NCBI GenBank assembly: GCA_964619725.1
Contig: CAZUFC010000012.1
Span: 21,161 to 85,160 of the forward strand
Source of the DNA: an uncultured bacterium
GTDB taxonomy: Bacteria; CSSED10-310; CAZUFC01
Direction of reading: 5' to 3'
Length of the DNA stretch: 64,000 nt
Shown here: one piece after another, positions 10,363 to 21,800 of the stretch
How the letters are laid out: each line of letters starts with the position of its first letter
How positions within the stretch are numbered: the stretch's first letter is position 1
Notes under the pieces: model-generated
What the model saw: only the letters and a program-made list of their open reading frames with translations
What the model was told of the DNA's origin: nothing
Database searches by the model: none
Translations under genes and position numbers: made by a program

Positions 10363-10791
10363 ATGAGATTAAAGCGAAAAGCAAGAGAAGCGGCTCTGCA
10401 ACTTCTATATCAGATCGAATTGCTGAAAGACTGGAAAGGTGATTCTATAGAAGATTACTGGAAAAATTACAGACGAAAAGCCGACTATCGCGAGTATGCC
10501 GAACTTCTGGTAAAAGGAGTTATGCTGAACAAAGATAAATTGGACGCCCGGATTCAGACATCTCTTCATCACTGGAAAATAGACCGTCTGCCGGTTGTAG
10601 ACCGCAACATCATCAGAATAGCGGCATTTGAAATGTCCTTGAAAAACATTCCCAGAAAAGTAGCCATTAACGAAGCGATAGAAATTGCAAAAAAATACGG
10701 ATCGGACCAGAGTCCTCGGTTCGTGAATGGAGTGCTGGACGGTATGACTCAAAAAAAAACGGAAAGAGCGACTGAAGCCCTTAAACATTGA
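10363..10791 (+). CDS. nusB: Transcription antitermination factor NusB
   Basis: It shows [10 protein letters not shown]...[12 protein letters not shown]...[13 protein letters not shown]. The position after ribH is a common arrangement. Confidence 0.9.
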   Translation: MRLKRKAREAALQLLYQIELLKDWKGDSIEDYWKNYRRKADYREYAELLVKGVMLNKDKLDARIQTSLHHWKIDRLPVVDRNIIRIAAFEMSLKNIPRKVAINEAIEIAKKYGSDQSPRFVNGVLDGMTQKKTERATEALKH

Positions 10792-10813
10792 ATTCAAGCT
10801 GGAGTAGCAATCT

Positions 10814-11545
10814 TTGAGATACTGCATTTTTTCCGACGTACACGGCAATCTGGAAGCATTAAAAGCATTTTTCGAGCATGCTGAATCACGAGAACAATTA
10901 AAATATATATTCCTGGGGGACATAGTAGGGTACGGTCCCAATCCCAATGAATGCGTTGAGTTGTTAAGGAACAGGACGGAACATATCATCATGGGGAATC
11001 ATGATGAGGCGACATTTGAAGAGAACGTCGACATAGAAAGTTTCAATCCTTTTGCCCGTAAAGTCATTCTTTGGACGCGCCGCGCCTTGAAACAGGAACA
11101 TCGTGAATTCCTGCGGTCTCTTCAGTATGAAATTGTACATAACGGCATCCGATTCGTTCATGCCACTCCATTTCAGCCTGACCGCTGGCATTATATTTTT
11201 ACAAGTGAAGATGCGGAAATCAATTTTCGTTCGTTCACTGAGCAAGTTTGTTTCGTAGGGCATTCGCATCAACCGATAATCATTCTTCAGGACCCTGCGG
11301 GTGAAGTCGACTCACTGGACCCTCAGACTTACAGGTTGGAGCCGAATCATCAATACATCATCAATGACGGAAGCATCGGTCAACCGAGAGACGGGTCGCC
11401 GAAAGCCTGTTACATCATTTATGATTCGGAGACCAGAAAAGTGGAATTTCATCGCGTTGCTTATGATTTTACTATAACGCAGCAGAAGATGAAAGACGAG
11501 GGCATACCGGAGTATCTGTGCAAAAGGCTTCAATACGGTCGATGA
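10814..11545 (+). CDS. Metallophosphoesterase family protein
   Basis: It has the SDVHGN, GDIVGYGP, GNHD and GHSH metal-binding motifs. The start codon is TTG. Confidence 0.75.
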   Translation: MRYCIFSDVHGNLEALKAFFEHAESREQLKYIFLGDIVGYGPNPNECVELLRNRTEHIIMGNHDEATFEENVDIESFNPFARKVILWTRRALKQEHREFLRSLQYEIVHNGIRFVHATPFQPDRWHYIFTSEDAEINFRSFTEQVCFVGHSHQPIIILQDPAGEVDSLDPQTYRLEPNHQYIINDGSIGQPRDGSPKACYIIYDSETRKVEFHRVAYDFTITQQKMKDEGIPEYLCKRLQYGR

Positions 11546-11719
11546 CCCGGCGCCTTTTCCGGTATGCGGAGAATCGTTTACTATTCTCAGGCGGTACGGT
11601 TCACAATCGTTCCGCTTTAAGCTGCTTTGAACTTTACAGGAAGTCCTTTTTCATGTGTAATGATGGTAATGATGGAGATTGCAAGCGACCCTTTGAACGA
11701 TCAATTTCATTAACGTATC

Positions 11720-12916
11720 ATGATGGTGAAATCATTTTATAAAAATATCATTAACGTTAGGGCCGCTCTTGCCGTTTTATTCAGCATCATGAGCGCAGCC
11801 GATTTTAAAATAACGGAATGTACGGCGCAGACCATATTCTGTTCAGGAACTCACATGGTTCGATACGAAATCCGGGACCCCCAGGAAGCTTTAATCATTC
11901 AACCGATGAAAAACGATTCCTACCGGCTGAAAATCCTCGAAAAAAACGTAAAAAAGACGGTAATCGAAATAAAAGCCACAGCGGAACCTCTTACCGAAAG
12001 GACCCATTTCAAATTGCCGACTCATCTGAAAGAAGACAGGCATCTATTTCCCAAAGATTTGCTGAAGCGTCTGAAGGCAGCGCAGTATCTGCATCAGGCC
12101 GTAGAGGAGGTCCTTGATTGGATATCCGATCATATAGAATATGACGACACAGCGCTGGACAGGGAACCTCAAAGCATCTTAAAGAATAAAAAGGCTGCCT
12201 GCCGGGGGTTGGTCAATCTGGCGAGGTATTTTTTAGACCTTATGGGCATAAAAACGCGTTCAGCTCACGGGGTTCTGGCGGATACCATCGATCGGGAAGG
12301 AAAAGCACGACTAAAGGATGCGGTATTTCATCGCTGGCTTGAAGTTTATTATGATGATATCGGTTGGCTGCCTTCAGGTCCCGGATATTCCAAAAACTTC
12401 GTGAACGCTTATCATATCGCTGCCCGTATTAATCCTGAGATACTGTTTGTTTTGAAGAATCCTATTACGTGTTTGAGTAATCTGGGAATAAAAGTTAAAA
12501 TATTGGATGAGCGGCAGGAAATGCTGGATATCGACGTCAAAAAGGATTGTATGAAACCCGTCAGAGCCCGGAAAATGACGCACATACAATATTACGGAAC
12601 CCTGCTGGGAAAAATAGAAACTCTGAAAGGCGAGCCGCTGAAAGAGGGAACAGTAATGTTGAAAGGAAAGCGAAGGAGATATACGACGAAGTTGAATTCG
12701 GCAGGACGATTTGCCTTTTACGGGCTTGATTCGGGAATGTATACGCTTTCGTTAGCGGGTTTATCATTGACGAATTGTCATCGCGCTTTGTATGTCAAAA
12801 AAGGCGAACTTCGAAATATTAATTTAAAGATAGCGGAGGGCCGAAGCGATCTGGGTCGTGAATATCCGGACGGTCTCCGCACCGGTTTTCATCAGGGAAT
12901 GGACAGTCATGAATGA
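11720..12916 (+). CDS. Secreted transglutaminase-like protein with a C-terminal carboxypeptidase-regulatory-like domain
   Basis: Transglutaminase core residues appear in context (AACRGLVNL..., FHRWLEVYYDDIGWLP). The C-terminal segment GTVMLKGKRRRYTTKLNSAGRFAFYGLDSGMYTLSL is a CarboxypepD_reg-type fold signature. Confidence 0.65.
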   Translation: MMVKSFYKNIINVRAALAVLFSIMSAADFKITECTAQTIFCSGTHMVRYEIRDPQEALIIQPMKNDSYRLKILEKNVKKTVIEIKATAEPLTERTHFKLPTHLKEDRHLFPKDLLKRLKAAQYLHQAVEEVLDWISDHIEYDDTALDREPQSILKNKKAACRGLVNLARYFLDLMGIKTRSAHGVLADTIDREGKARLKDAVFHRWLEVYYDDIGWLPSGPGYSKNFVNAYHIAARINPEILFVLKNPITCLSNLGIKVKILDERQEMLDIDVKKDCMKPVRARKMTHIQYYGTLLGKIETLKGEPLKEGTVMLKGKRRRYTTKLNSAGRFAFYGLDSGMYTLSLAGLSLTNCHRALYVKKGELRNINLKIAEGRSDLGREYPDGLRTGFHQGMDSHE

Positions 12917-14738
12917 TGGAAGAATAAAGATAATGCCTGAGCGTTTGGCCAACAAGATAGCGGCGGGCGAAGTCATCGAGAGGCCGGCATCGGTGGTGAA
13001 GGAGTTAGTGGAAAATTCAATAGATGCAGGGGCAGCGCATATTCTCATCGAAGTGAAATACGGCGGCAAGTCTTTGATTCGCATAACGGATGACGGTTGC
13101 GGTTTAAGTCCTGACGATGCCTTGCTGGCTTTTGAGCGCCATGCTACGAGTAAAATAAAGGAATTTTCAGACATTGAAAACATCAGGACGTTAGGATTCA
13201 GGGGTGAAGCCTTGCCCAGCATCGTTTCGGTCTCCCGCTTCAAACTCCTGACGGCCTGTTCCGATGCTGAAACAGGAACTGAGATAACCTTCGAGGGCGG
13301 GAAGCTTATCCGGGCCAGGGAAGCTCTGCATAAAAAAGGCGCTGTTATTGAAGTGCGGTCCTTGTTTTTCAATGTTCCGGCAAGAAAAAAGTTCATGAAA
13401 ACGACTTTGACGGAAATGAGCCACATAACGGAAGCGGTCGTCAACATGGCGCTGGGGCATCCTGAAGTTGGTTTCAGGCTGATTCATAATGACGATGCTG
13501 TTCTGGATTTTTATTATTCTCAGAATCTTGACGAAAGACTTGCTTCAATTATCGGGCATGACGTCAAACAGGAGATGCTTGAAGTCGAACATAATTCATC
13601 ACAGATGAGACTCAGGGGCTGGATAAGTCAACCGAAGAATACTCGGGCGGGAAAGAGGCATCAGAAGTTCTTCCTGAACGGTCGTTATATCAGAGACAAG
13701 ATATTAAGCAGCGCGTTGTACAGCGCCTACCGGGGATCGATGGCCGAAGGCCGTCATCCCATGGCTTATCTGTTTTTGGAACTTCCGACCAACCTCGTGG
13801 ACGTTAACGTTCATCCGACGAAAACTGAAGTAAGGTTCTGGAATTCAGGAGAAGTTCATGGAATTGTTTCCGAAGCAGTGAAAAACGCTTTGAATCAATC
13901 TATCTACAGGGAACTTCAAAAAAACGGCGACATCTCTCTCGCTTCCCGGAAAAGGAGCTCCGGCAGAAGCGAGGTAGCCGATCAGGTTCTGAAACCTCAA
14001 TCCGCCGTCTCGCCATTGCCTTTCAAGAGCGGTTACAGAAGCTTTCCGGAAAAAGAGAGGGAAAACGAAGTCGTTCCATGGGTTTTCCATAAAGGTCAAA
14101 ATCAGAAATCCCAACCTGAAGCTCAGCAACAGGAAACTCCGACTAAAGAATTCATGCCGGATTTGAACTTGCCTCGTTACATCGGTCAATTGAATGCCAC
14201 CTTTTTAGTTCTGGCGGACGGAAGCGACCTCCTTCTCATTGATCAGCACACGGCTCACGAACGTATACTTTTTGAAAAAATCAAGCAGGCCCATTCCAAA
14301 GGCTCGATCCACATGCAGAGGCTCTTATACCCCGTAACCCTGGAACTTTCGACTCGCGACGTTCAGATTATGAATCGCCGGCTGGAGGACCTCAGGAAAT
14401 TCGGCTTTGAAATAGAGCCTTTCGGCAGGAATACGTTTGCCGTCAAAACCGTCCCTTCGCTCATGCCCAAAAAAGACATTAAAAAACTTATTCTCGACAT
14501 GCTGGACGATCTGGCTGAATTGGGAAAGACCAGCCGAACAGAGGTGCTGTATGAGGGCATAATGAAAAGCATGGCCTGTCAGGGTGCGGTCAAAGCGCAT
14601 TCAGCGCTGGACCCTTCAGCGGTTGACGCTTTAATAAAGCAGCTTTTCATCACGGGAAACCCGGCTGTTTGTCCTCATGGTCGTCCCATTATCATGCGAA
14701 TTCCTGAAAAAGATATTATGAAGTATTTTAAAAGATGA
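12909..14738 (+). CDS. mutL: DNA mismatch repair protein MutL
   Basis: It shows LANKIAAGEVIERPASVVKELVENSIDAGA and GFRGEALPSI. I moved the start to ATG 12909 because the 17 codons upstream in the ORF track overlap the previous gene. Confidence 0.9.
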   Translation: MNDGRIKIMPERLANKIAAGEVIERPASVVKELVENSIDAGAAHILIEVKYGGKSLIRITDDGCGLSPDDALLAFERHATSKIKEFSDIENIRTLGFRGEALPSIVSVSRFKLLTACSDAETGTEITFEGGKLIRAREALHKKGAVIEVRSLFFNVPARKKFMKTTLTEMSHITEAVVNMALGHPEVGFRLIHNDDAVLDFYYSQNLDERLASIIGHDVKQEMLEVEHNSSQMRLRGWISQPKNTRAGKRHQKFFLNGRYIRDKILSSALYSAYRGSMAEGRHPMAYLFLELPTNLVDVNVHPTKTEVRFWNSGEVHGIVSEAVKNALNQSIYRELQKNGDISLASRKRSSGRSEVADQVLKPQSAVSPLPFKSGYRSFPEKERENEVVPWVFHKGQNQKSQPEAQQQETPTKEFMPDLNLPRYIGQLNATFLVLADGSDLLLIDQHTAHERILFEKIKQAHSKGSIHMQRLLYPVTLELSTRDVQIMNRRLEDLRKFGFEIEPFGRNTFAVKTVPSLMPKKDIKKLILDMLDDLAELGKTSRTEVLYEGIMKSMACQGAVKAHSALDPSAVDALIKQLFITGNPAVCPHGRPIIMRIPEKDIMKYFKR

Positions 14739-15709
14739 GCGAACCCTGCTTGATTGTGATCTGCGGACCGACGGGCGTCCGAAAAACGAGTATAGCCGTT
14801 GAAACGGCCCGCGTCCTGAAAACGGAAATTATCAGCGCTGATTCGCGTCAAATTTACCGTATGTTGGACATAGGTTCCGGAAAACCGACCGCTGAGGAAA
14901 GAAAAGATGTCATTCATCATGGCCTGGACATCGTCGATCCTTCCGAAAAGTATTCCGTCGCTAAATTTGCCCGTTATGCCCGAACCCTCATCGAAAAAAT
15001 TCAGAAAAAAAACAAAATTCCCATCCTGGAAGGAGGATCGGGTTTATATATCAGAGGAACTCTCCAGGGGCTTACTGATGCTCCGGCCTGCGACCCGGAA
15101 CTTCGCAGCTCCTTAAAAGAAAAGGAAAAACGCGAAGGTCCGGGAACCTTATACCGCAGACTGCAGGATGTCGATCCCGAGGCGGCGACTCGAATCAAAC
15201 CCGCCGATCAAATAAGAGTTATACGCGCCCTGGAGGTTTACGAGAAAACAGGCGTTACTCTTTCGCAACGATTACGGGATGACCCCGGTCAAAAGCTCAA
15301 CTGCAAACAGTTCATATACGGCGTTTTTCTTCCCCGAAAGGCTCTTTACGAAGCCGTAAACAGAAGGGTCGAGGATATGTTCGCAAGAGGATTCATTGAT
15401 GAGGTCAAACGATTGAAAGAGAAAGGATACGGTAATGCCGTCAGGACGCTGCATGGCCTTGGCTACGCCGCAGCAATGGATTATATTGACGGTAAAATCA
15501 ACCTTGAGGAAACCCGCGACATTATGAAAAGGGAAACCCGGCGGTACGCCAAAAGACAGATAACCTGGTTCAAAAAAACCGAGGGGCTGATCTGGCTGGA
15601 GGGAGGCTCCCCGGAAAAAGAAAAAACGGCAGTGAGGAAAATTCTTTCTGATGTAAAAGATTGTCTCGGCTGCCCGGATGACGTATTGAAACTTTATGAC
15701 ATGGACTGA
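14735..15709 (+). CDS. miaA: tRNA dimethylallyltransferase MiaA
   Basis: It has a GPTGVRKTSIA P-loop, SADSRQIYR and GGSGLY. Its start overlaps the mutL stop by 4 nt. Confidence 0.9.
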   Translation: MSEPCLIVICGPTGVRKTSIAVETARVLKTEIISADSRQIYRMLDIGSGKPTAEERKDVIHHGLDIVDPSEKYSVAKFARYARTLIEKIQKKNKIPILEGGSGLYIRGTLQGLTDAPACDPELRSSLKEKEKREGPGTLYRRLQDVDPEAATRIKPADQIRVIRALEVYEKTGVTLSQRLRDDPGQKLNCKQFIYGVFLPRKALYEAVNRRVEDMFARGFIDEVKRLKEKGYGNAVRTLHGLGYAAAMDYIDGKINLEETRDIMKRETRRYAKRQITWFKKTEGLIWLEGGSPEKEKTAVRKILSDVKDCLGCPDDVLKLYDMD

Positions 15710-15824
15710 TCAAATATTTATTACGATGTTTTACGAAAGCAGGTCGTTTTTTTTCATGCTGGATCGCGCTTCTGAAGCGGTCCGTACTGCTGCCGTCGAC
15801 TCTTGATACGGGGAAAGGAACTGC

Positions 15825-17090
15825 ATGGAGGAAAAAAAAGATAAAGAACGTTGCCTTCTGATCGGCGTAAAAGGCATTCGGACTTCAAAGCTCCATCACG
15901 ATGTCACTTTAAACGAGCTGGAGTTGCTGACGGATACGGCCGGCGGCAAGGTGATCGATAAAACAGTCGCAGATTTAAAACGAATATCGCCCGCAACCTA
16001 TATTCATTCGGGTAAAGTCGAAGAAATAGCAGAATTATGCAGAGAACAAGAAATCAACCTGGTCGTTTTCGACGAAGAATTATCGCCGTCTCAACAGAAA
16101 AACCTGGAAAACGCGTTCAAAGTTCCCGTAATAGATCGTACTGGCCTCATCCTGGATATCTTTTCTCAAAGAGCCAGAACTAAAGAGGGAAAACTCCAGG
16201 TGGAACTGGCCCAACTCGAATATCGCCTGCCTCGATTGACCCGCATGTGGGAACACCTCTCCCGACTGGGCGGTGGAATAGGTACCAGGGGTCCCGGGGA
16301 AACTCAATTGGAAGTCGATCGCCGGTCTATTCGTCGAAAAATATTCAAAGTTAAAAAGGAAATAGAAAAAGTCAAAAAGCACAGGGAATTGTATCGCAGA
16401 AAAAGACGCCGGATATCTTTAACGCGCGCCGCTTTGATTGGATACACCAATGCCGGCAAATCAACCGTTTTTAATGCCTTAACCAATCTCAACACTTTTA
16501 CGGAAGATAAACTCTTCGCTACGCTCGACCCGCTGACAAGAAAAGTCAGCCCCGAAAACGGCTCGGAGTTCCTCGTTACCGATACCGTCGGATTTATCCG
16601 AAAACTCCCCCACCAGCTCATTGCAGCCTTCATGGCGACTCTCGAAGAAGTGAAGGAAGCTGACCTGCTGCTGCATGTCGTCGATGCTCATGATCTGAAT
16701 TTTACCGAGCAGATGGAGTCTGTGGATAATGTCCTCAGACTCCTGGATGCTGATGGAAAATATACTATCAATATATACAACAAACGCGACCTTATGCCTG
16801 AAGACTCTAGCTGGAGGCCCGATGCCGGCGATCCACGGGGCGTATTCGTCTCTGCCTTGAAAAACGAAGGCATGGATGAACTGATGGACAAAATTGAAAT
16901 CTTCATCTCATCGCGTAAAATAAGAATAAAATTGAGATTGCCTTTTGAAAAAGGTGATGTCCTTTCCCGTCTTAAGGAAAGGAATATGGTCGAAAATCTG
17001 AAATACCTTGAAGAAGGCATCGAACTGGTTACTGAAGTTGACCGCTCCGTCGCTATGAAATTAAGCGAATATATAGTCGATATGCCTTAA
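15825..17090 (+). CDS. hflX: GTPase HflX
   Basis: It has an HflX N-domain (IFSQRARTKEGKLQVELAQLEY) and the G motifs GYTNAGKST, DTVGF and NKRD. Confidence 0.9.
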   Translation: MEEKKDKERCLLIGVKGIRTSKLHHDVTLNELELLTDTAGGKVIDKTVADLKRISPATYIHSGKVEEIAELCREQEINLVVFDEELSPSQQKNLENAFKVPVIDRTGLILDIFSQRARTKEGKLQVELAQLEYRLPRLTRMWEHLSRLGGGIGTRGPGETQLEVDRRSIRRKIFKVKKEIEKVKKHRELYRRKRRRISLTRAALIGYTNAGKSTVFNALTNLNTFTEDKLFATLDPLTRKVSPENGSEFLVTDTVGFIRKLPHQLIAAFMATLEEVKEADLLLHVVDAHDLNFTEQMESVDNVLRLLDADGKYTINIYNKRDLMPEDSSWRPDAGDPRGVFVSALKNEGMDELMDKIEIFISSRKIRIKLRLPFEKGDVLSRLKERNMVENLKYLEEGIELVTEVDRSVAMKLSEYIVDMP

Positions 17091-17120
17091 AATCAAGGAA
17101 CCTCATCGCATTGTTCAATC

Positions 17121-17579
17121 ATGAAAAACGAAAATCAAAAAAGAAAGAAAGCCGAAGAAATAGTCCGCCGACACGTATTGCTGACAGTCGAAAACTGCAG
17201 CGATCATGCGCCGCTGATCGATATGGAACCTCTCTGTGACTTGCAAAGCGCCATGTTTGACGAAATTTGCGGACTTTATAACGTCAAATACACAAAAGCT
17301 GACGCAAGAGCCTGGTTTTCACGGCTCAGCGAACAATTTCTTTCCGATTTCATCGAACAGGCAGGCGTCAGGTTTATTCCTGAAAGAGGCTTTTTAGTCG
17401 GAAATTTTCCCTTATCAATTTTAGCCGGCGCATCGACTTATGCATTAGGCAGGATGCTCATCAGACAAATTGAGAAAAAAAATGTGAACCTTCGGGAAGT
17501 TGAATCCCTCAAGAAAGAATTCCAGCAAGAATGCAGAAAGGGTAAGCACACGATATCTCAATCTGTTCAAAGCGCCTGA
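17121..17579 (+). CDS. Hypothetical protein (weak DUF697-like pattern)
   Basis: The ORF sits in a compact gene context. Only a loose resemblance (PLIDMEPLCDLQSAMFDEICGLYNV) supports a family call. Confidence 0.4.
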   Translation: MKNENQKRKKAEEIVRRHVLLTVENCSDHAPLIDMEPLCDLQSAMFDEICGLYNVKYTKADARAWFSRLSEQFLSDFIEQAGVRFIPERGFLVGNFPLSILAGASTYALGRMLIRQIEKKNVNLREVESLKKEFQQECRKGKHTISQSVQSA

Positions 17580-17625
17580 TCCAGCGCCGCCGGATACTTC
17601 TGAATCATACAACCCAAAGCGCGGT

Positions 17626-18516
17626 TCAAATTTTTTTCATTTTTCTACGTATGTACGTACGGATCATGAATGAAATGAGGATAACGGATATTCCTACAAA
17701 CACAGGACCGGCGTTTGCTTCGATATGTTCTTCGATTTTTGCGATTTCTGGATTCCCGGGAAGGTACCGGACGGATATTTTACCTGATCCCATGGCCCTG
17801 TCGTACGCGTTTTTCTGAACCGAGAATTCTTTTCGCAATTTTTCGCTCTTTTCAGGAGCATAATCTACGATCAGCCTGTATACGACTCTATCTCCGCCGG
17901 TATTGATAATGCTGCTGTCATATATCTCGCCGATAACGGTTTGGCCTCTGGTTTGAAGCATATGTATTTGATAACAGTGAAAAAGTCCGAAAAGAAGTAT
18001 GGCCGGCCCAGCGATGAAACCCAGCAGCATGAGAAGTTTCATTTTTTTTACGATTTTCGGACGAAGTTTAAATTTCTTCGCTTCGTCTAGCGATTGAAGT
18101 GAGTCAGGAGAAAGTTTAATTTTCTCACCTGAACGGACATTACGCCGTTTCTTTTTCGATTGCATCGTATTTAAATATTTTTTTCGTTCCTTTCTTGAAT
18201 TCCACAAGCGGAATTTCACGGGTATCGCCATATGAGGATATTTTTCAGGCACGATTTGATCGATACGCCTCATCAGTTCCCGGTGCTCTCTGCGGCAGAT
18301 AACGATTATCCTGACGTCATTAACGGAGAATCCGGGATAATCCAGTGAGAAATCTTCACTAGCGGCGTAATTTGCGTAACTCTGTAATTTTCTTCGCAGT
18401 TTGTCGATACGTTCTTCCGGATTACTTAGAGCTCCGGAATCGGTTATGATAAGGTCTATTCCCCCCGATTCGTTTTTACTGATCATATCGATCGTTTTGG
18501 TGTCTTCAAGCGGCAT
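17626..18516 (-). CDS. Membrane protein with a C-terminal DUF3592-like domain
   Basis: It has two TM helices flanking a beta-rich segment (TVIGEIYDSS...YRLIVDY...ISVRYLPGNPEIAKI) typical of DUF3592. The N-terminal soluble domain has unknown function. Confidence 0.55.
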   Translation of the reverse strand: MPLEDTKTIDMISKNESGGIDLIITDSGALSNPEERIDKLRRKLQSYANYAASEDFSLDYPGFSVNDVRIIVICRREHRELMRRIDQIVPEKYPHMAIPVKFRLWNSRKERKKYLNTMQSKKKRRNVRSGEKIKLSPDSLQSLDEAKKFKLRPKIVKKMKLLMLLGFIAGPAILLFGLFHCYQIHMLQTRGQTVIGEIYDSSIINTGGDRVVYRLIVDYAPEKSEKLRKEFSVQKNAYDRAMGSGKISVRYLPGNPEIAKIEEHIEANAGPVFVGISVILISFMIRTYIRRKMKKI

Positions 18517-18770
18517 TGGAATTCATTCTCAGGATAAAAATAAAAAAAGCGACTTCGCGGTCATAGAGGATACATATTCCTGCACCCTGAACGACCGATA
18601 TGATTTTACAGGAAAATACGAAAAATTTAAACCGGTCCGGGTTAAAACCGGGGTTCCGGCAAACGAGAACCCGGCCTGATAAGCTTTAATTATTCAGCGC
18701 CTGTCCAGCAGGCATTATATTTTTGCCGCCAAACGATTTTATGGACACGGGTCGTTCGATTTTTTGGGAT

Positions 18771-18840
18771 TGATTAAACCGTGGTTACACTTCTTTCAAA
18801 ACTTTTGACAGTTTGTTTCAGTAATCGTGATCGGTATCGA
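18771..18840 (+). repeat. Dispersed intergenic element, copy A
   Basis: It reads TGATTAAACCGTGGTTACACTTCTTTCAAAACTTTTGACAGTTTGTTTCAGTAATCG followed by NNATCG hexamers. Confidence 0.85.
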
Positions 18841-18851
18841 TTTTCCACGAA

Positions 18852-21800
18852 TCAGCGGAATGAAAACCTCCTTTTATTTTCATGATAAGTGAAAGCGCCG
18901 TTTTGTATTCGCATTTCTGAAAAGTCGTCTGCCGGATGCAGAATAATAATATCGGAACGGTCTCCATTCCGGCATTCATCACATTTAACAAGAAAAGACA
19001 ATACGGCTATCCGGCCCGGCGTTTCGGTCATAATTGGCGAGAAGGGATCGAACGCCCCGATTCTGATCGTTCCGGGTTCACGTTCGTTATACTGGAACAT
19101 TTCCTACGAGCGTAAAAGATCGCCTTTCCGGCATTCCAGAAATTCAAGCATTTTTGGATCGTATGCTATGTTCAAGCCGAAAGCATCCGTTTTCAACGTT
19201 TGATTGTGCAATGTAGCGATCGCATGGACAATATCGCCTTTTTTTCCGTAGAGGTTATTCAGGCTTAAGGTTCCGTCAGGATTTTCCATGAAGGACGACA
19301 TATCCGGGGGTAAGAATGATTCCGCATTTTCGTATGAACAGGATCGACGCAATCACAATCCAATTCGGCGTAGTGCATCAGAATACATTGGGCATCGCCG
19401 GGCGTTACCATTTCTCCGCCGTCGCAATCTGCCGAACAATTTTCTTCATGGGTGGGATAAGGGATGAACATGAGATAAATATCAAAAGCCATCAGGCCGT
19501 CATTGGGGGTTATTTCACCGTTATTGTCCACATCGCCGTCGTTCCAGCAGAAAGTCGGACAGGGCGCTTCCTGGCTGCTGCTCAACCAGGGTTCGTAAAC
19601 GTTTGACCGTATATCTCATCGCCGTTGCCGGTTGCCTCTCCGGAAGGACCGTCTGAAGCGCCCCAGTAATTGAAGTCGGCCCTGAAAGGGTCTCCCGATG
19701 CGTTGGAATCCACCTTTAATCCGTATACGGAATTATTCCTCACATTATTGTAAGCCATATAACCGCCGGGAATATCGTACGGACCGCCGTAAATTCCGCC
19801 TCCGCCGAAAATGAAAACTCCTTCGGCGTTATCTTCGACGTCGTTGCAGATGCAGGTCAGGTTAAGGACGTCCCAGAACCTGAATCCTTGTCCTTCCCCG
19901 CCGGAACCCTGTATGACGTTATCCACAGAGTTGTATGCGACGTATGCCGTAAGAGCATGATTGATTTCCAATGCGCAAAAGTGAGAACCGGGTTCTCCCT
20001 GATTACCTCCGATGTAACTCCATATGTTATCCTGCACGTCCAGGATATCTGTAAGGTCGCCGTAATTTCCTCGAAGCGCCGTAGTTCCATTGCAATGATG
20101 GATGTAATTGCCGGTAAAAGTTATTTCCGTCAAAGCCAATTCGGATTCGCCTTCCAGACCGGGGGCTTCGACGTCCGTATCCATCACTGCAGCGCCGAGG
20201 ATATTTCTGAATTCGCAGTTCGTAACAGCGAGCGATTCGCTGAATTTATTGCCGTAAAGCCCGTGCCTGCCGGCGACGTTTTCTCCGTCCAGTATGCAGT
20301 CATTCATCGTGAAACCGCTGACGGCTCCGGCATTATCCATTTGAATGATTTTATTCGACCCGGCATCGCCAGTGAAAATGAAATGTTCGATAGTGAGCGA
20401 ATCGATCGGTCCTGTATTATCAAAACGAACGCCTGCGGTGACTTCAGGCAAATCATAAGCATCGCCGGTAAGGGTGAGTTCATCGTTGGTGAAACCGGAG
20501 GCGAAATGAACGGTTTCGTTATAAACGCCGGGATTGACGATTATCGTGCCGGAAAAGGCGACATGAGACAACGCGTCGTTGATATTATCGAAGGCGTCAT
20601 ATCCGAATATATGGCCGTCGACGATCTGACCGGGTGAAGCTCCAGTCCAGTCGTCGTCTGCCCATACGGTCATCGGCGGCGGAGCCGGCGTTGGAGTGTA
20701 AGTGGGCGCCGGCGTATCGGATGGCGTAAGCGGCGGAGTAAAGGTTATGGTCGGCGTAGGTTCCGGAGTAGGCGTATAGGTAGGCGTTGACGTCGGACTT
20801 ACGGTGGGAGTCGGCGTCTCGGTAGGTGTGGGCGACGTATGCCTTATTTCCAGAGCGTAATTGCCTTTATGGGACTGACCAAGACCGTCAACCCAGATAA
20901 AATAATCGCCTGTCTCCAGGTTGCCGCTCCAGTTGATGTAATCGCTTCCTGAATTCACGATATCTCCGCATCCGGGATCAAGATGGTCGCCGTACTGGTC
21001 AGCGCAAAGTATATCCGCTGCAGCGCCGCATGTCGTCGATATGCTCCAGTCAGCATTATAGTCGGCCTCGCCTATTATCTGTACGAAAGTCTCCTGTATA
21101 AGTTCCAGATGATATACTCTGTCCGCTCCTTCATGACCTCCGTTACAGTCATGTTCATCGCCGTAATTCATGGTATTTCCGGTGACGCAATCGCCCAGGC
21201 TGATCGTCTCCGCGCTTTCACAGGTTTCACCCGGAAGCTGTTCGCTTACTTCCAATGCGAACGAGCCGGTCTGAGCTGCGTTTTCGCCGTCGACCCAGAT
21301 ATAATAAGTCCCCGGACCCAGCGTTTCGTTCCAGTTGATGAAACCCTCAACATGCGAATCTATGTTGCCGCAGGAAGGGTCAGTATGAATCCCCCAGGCA
21401 TCTACGCACAATATATCCGCAGCTCCGCCGCAGTCGCTGGTTATGGTCCAGTCCGCCTCATAGTCGGCTTCGCCCACTATCGAAAGATGTTTCTCCGTAG
21501 GTAAATCCAGGCGGTATACCCGATCGCGGCCGTTATGACCTGGATTGCATTGATGGTCGTTCAGATAATTTTCCGTGCTGCCTTCCACACATGAGTCGTA
21601 ACCGATGGTTTCCGCGGTGGAGCATGTTTCGCCCGGCAACTGATCTCTTACCTCCAGAGCATATTGTCCTGAATGAGAATAAGTTTGTCCGTCGATCCAT
21701 AAATAATAGTCGCCCGATGGCAATGTTCCGTTCCAGGCTATATAGCCTTCGACATGATTATCAATTCCCCCGCAGGATAATCCGCCTCGCCGATAACCGT

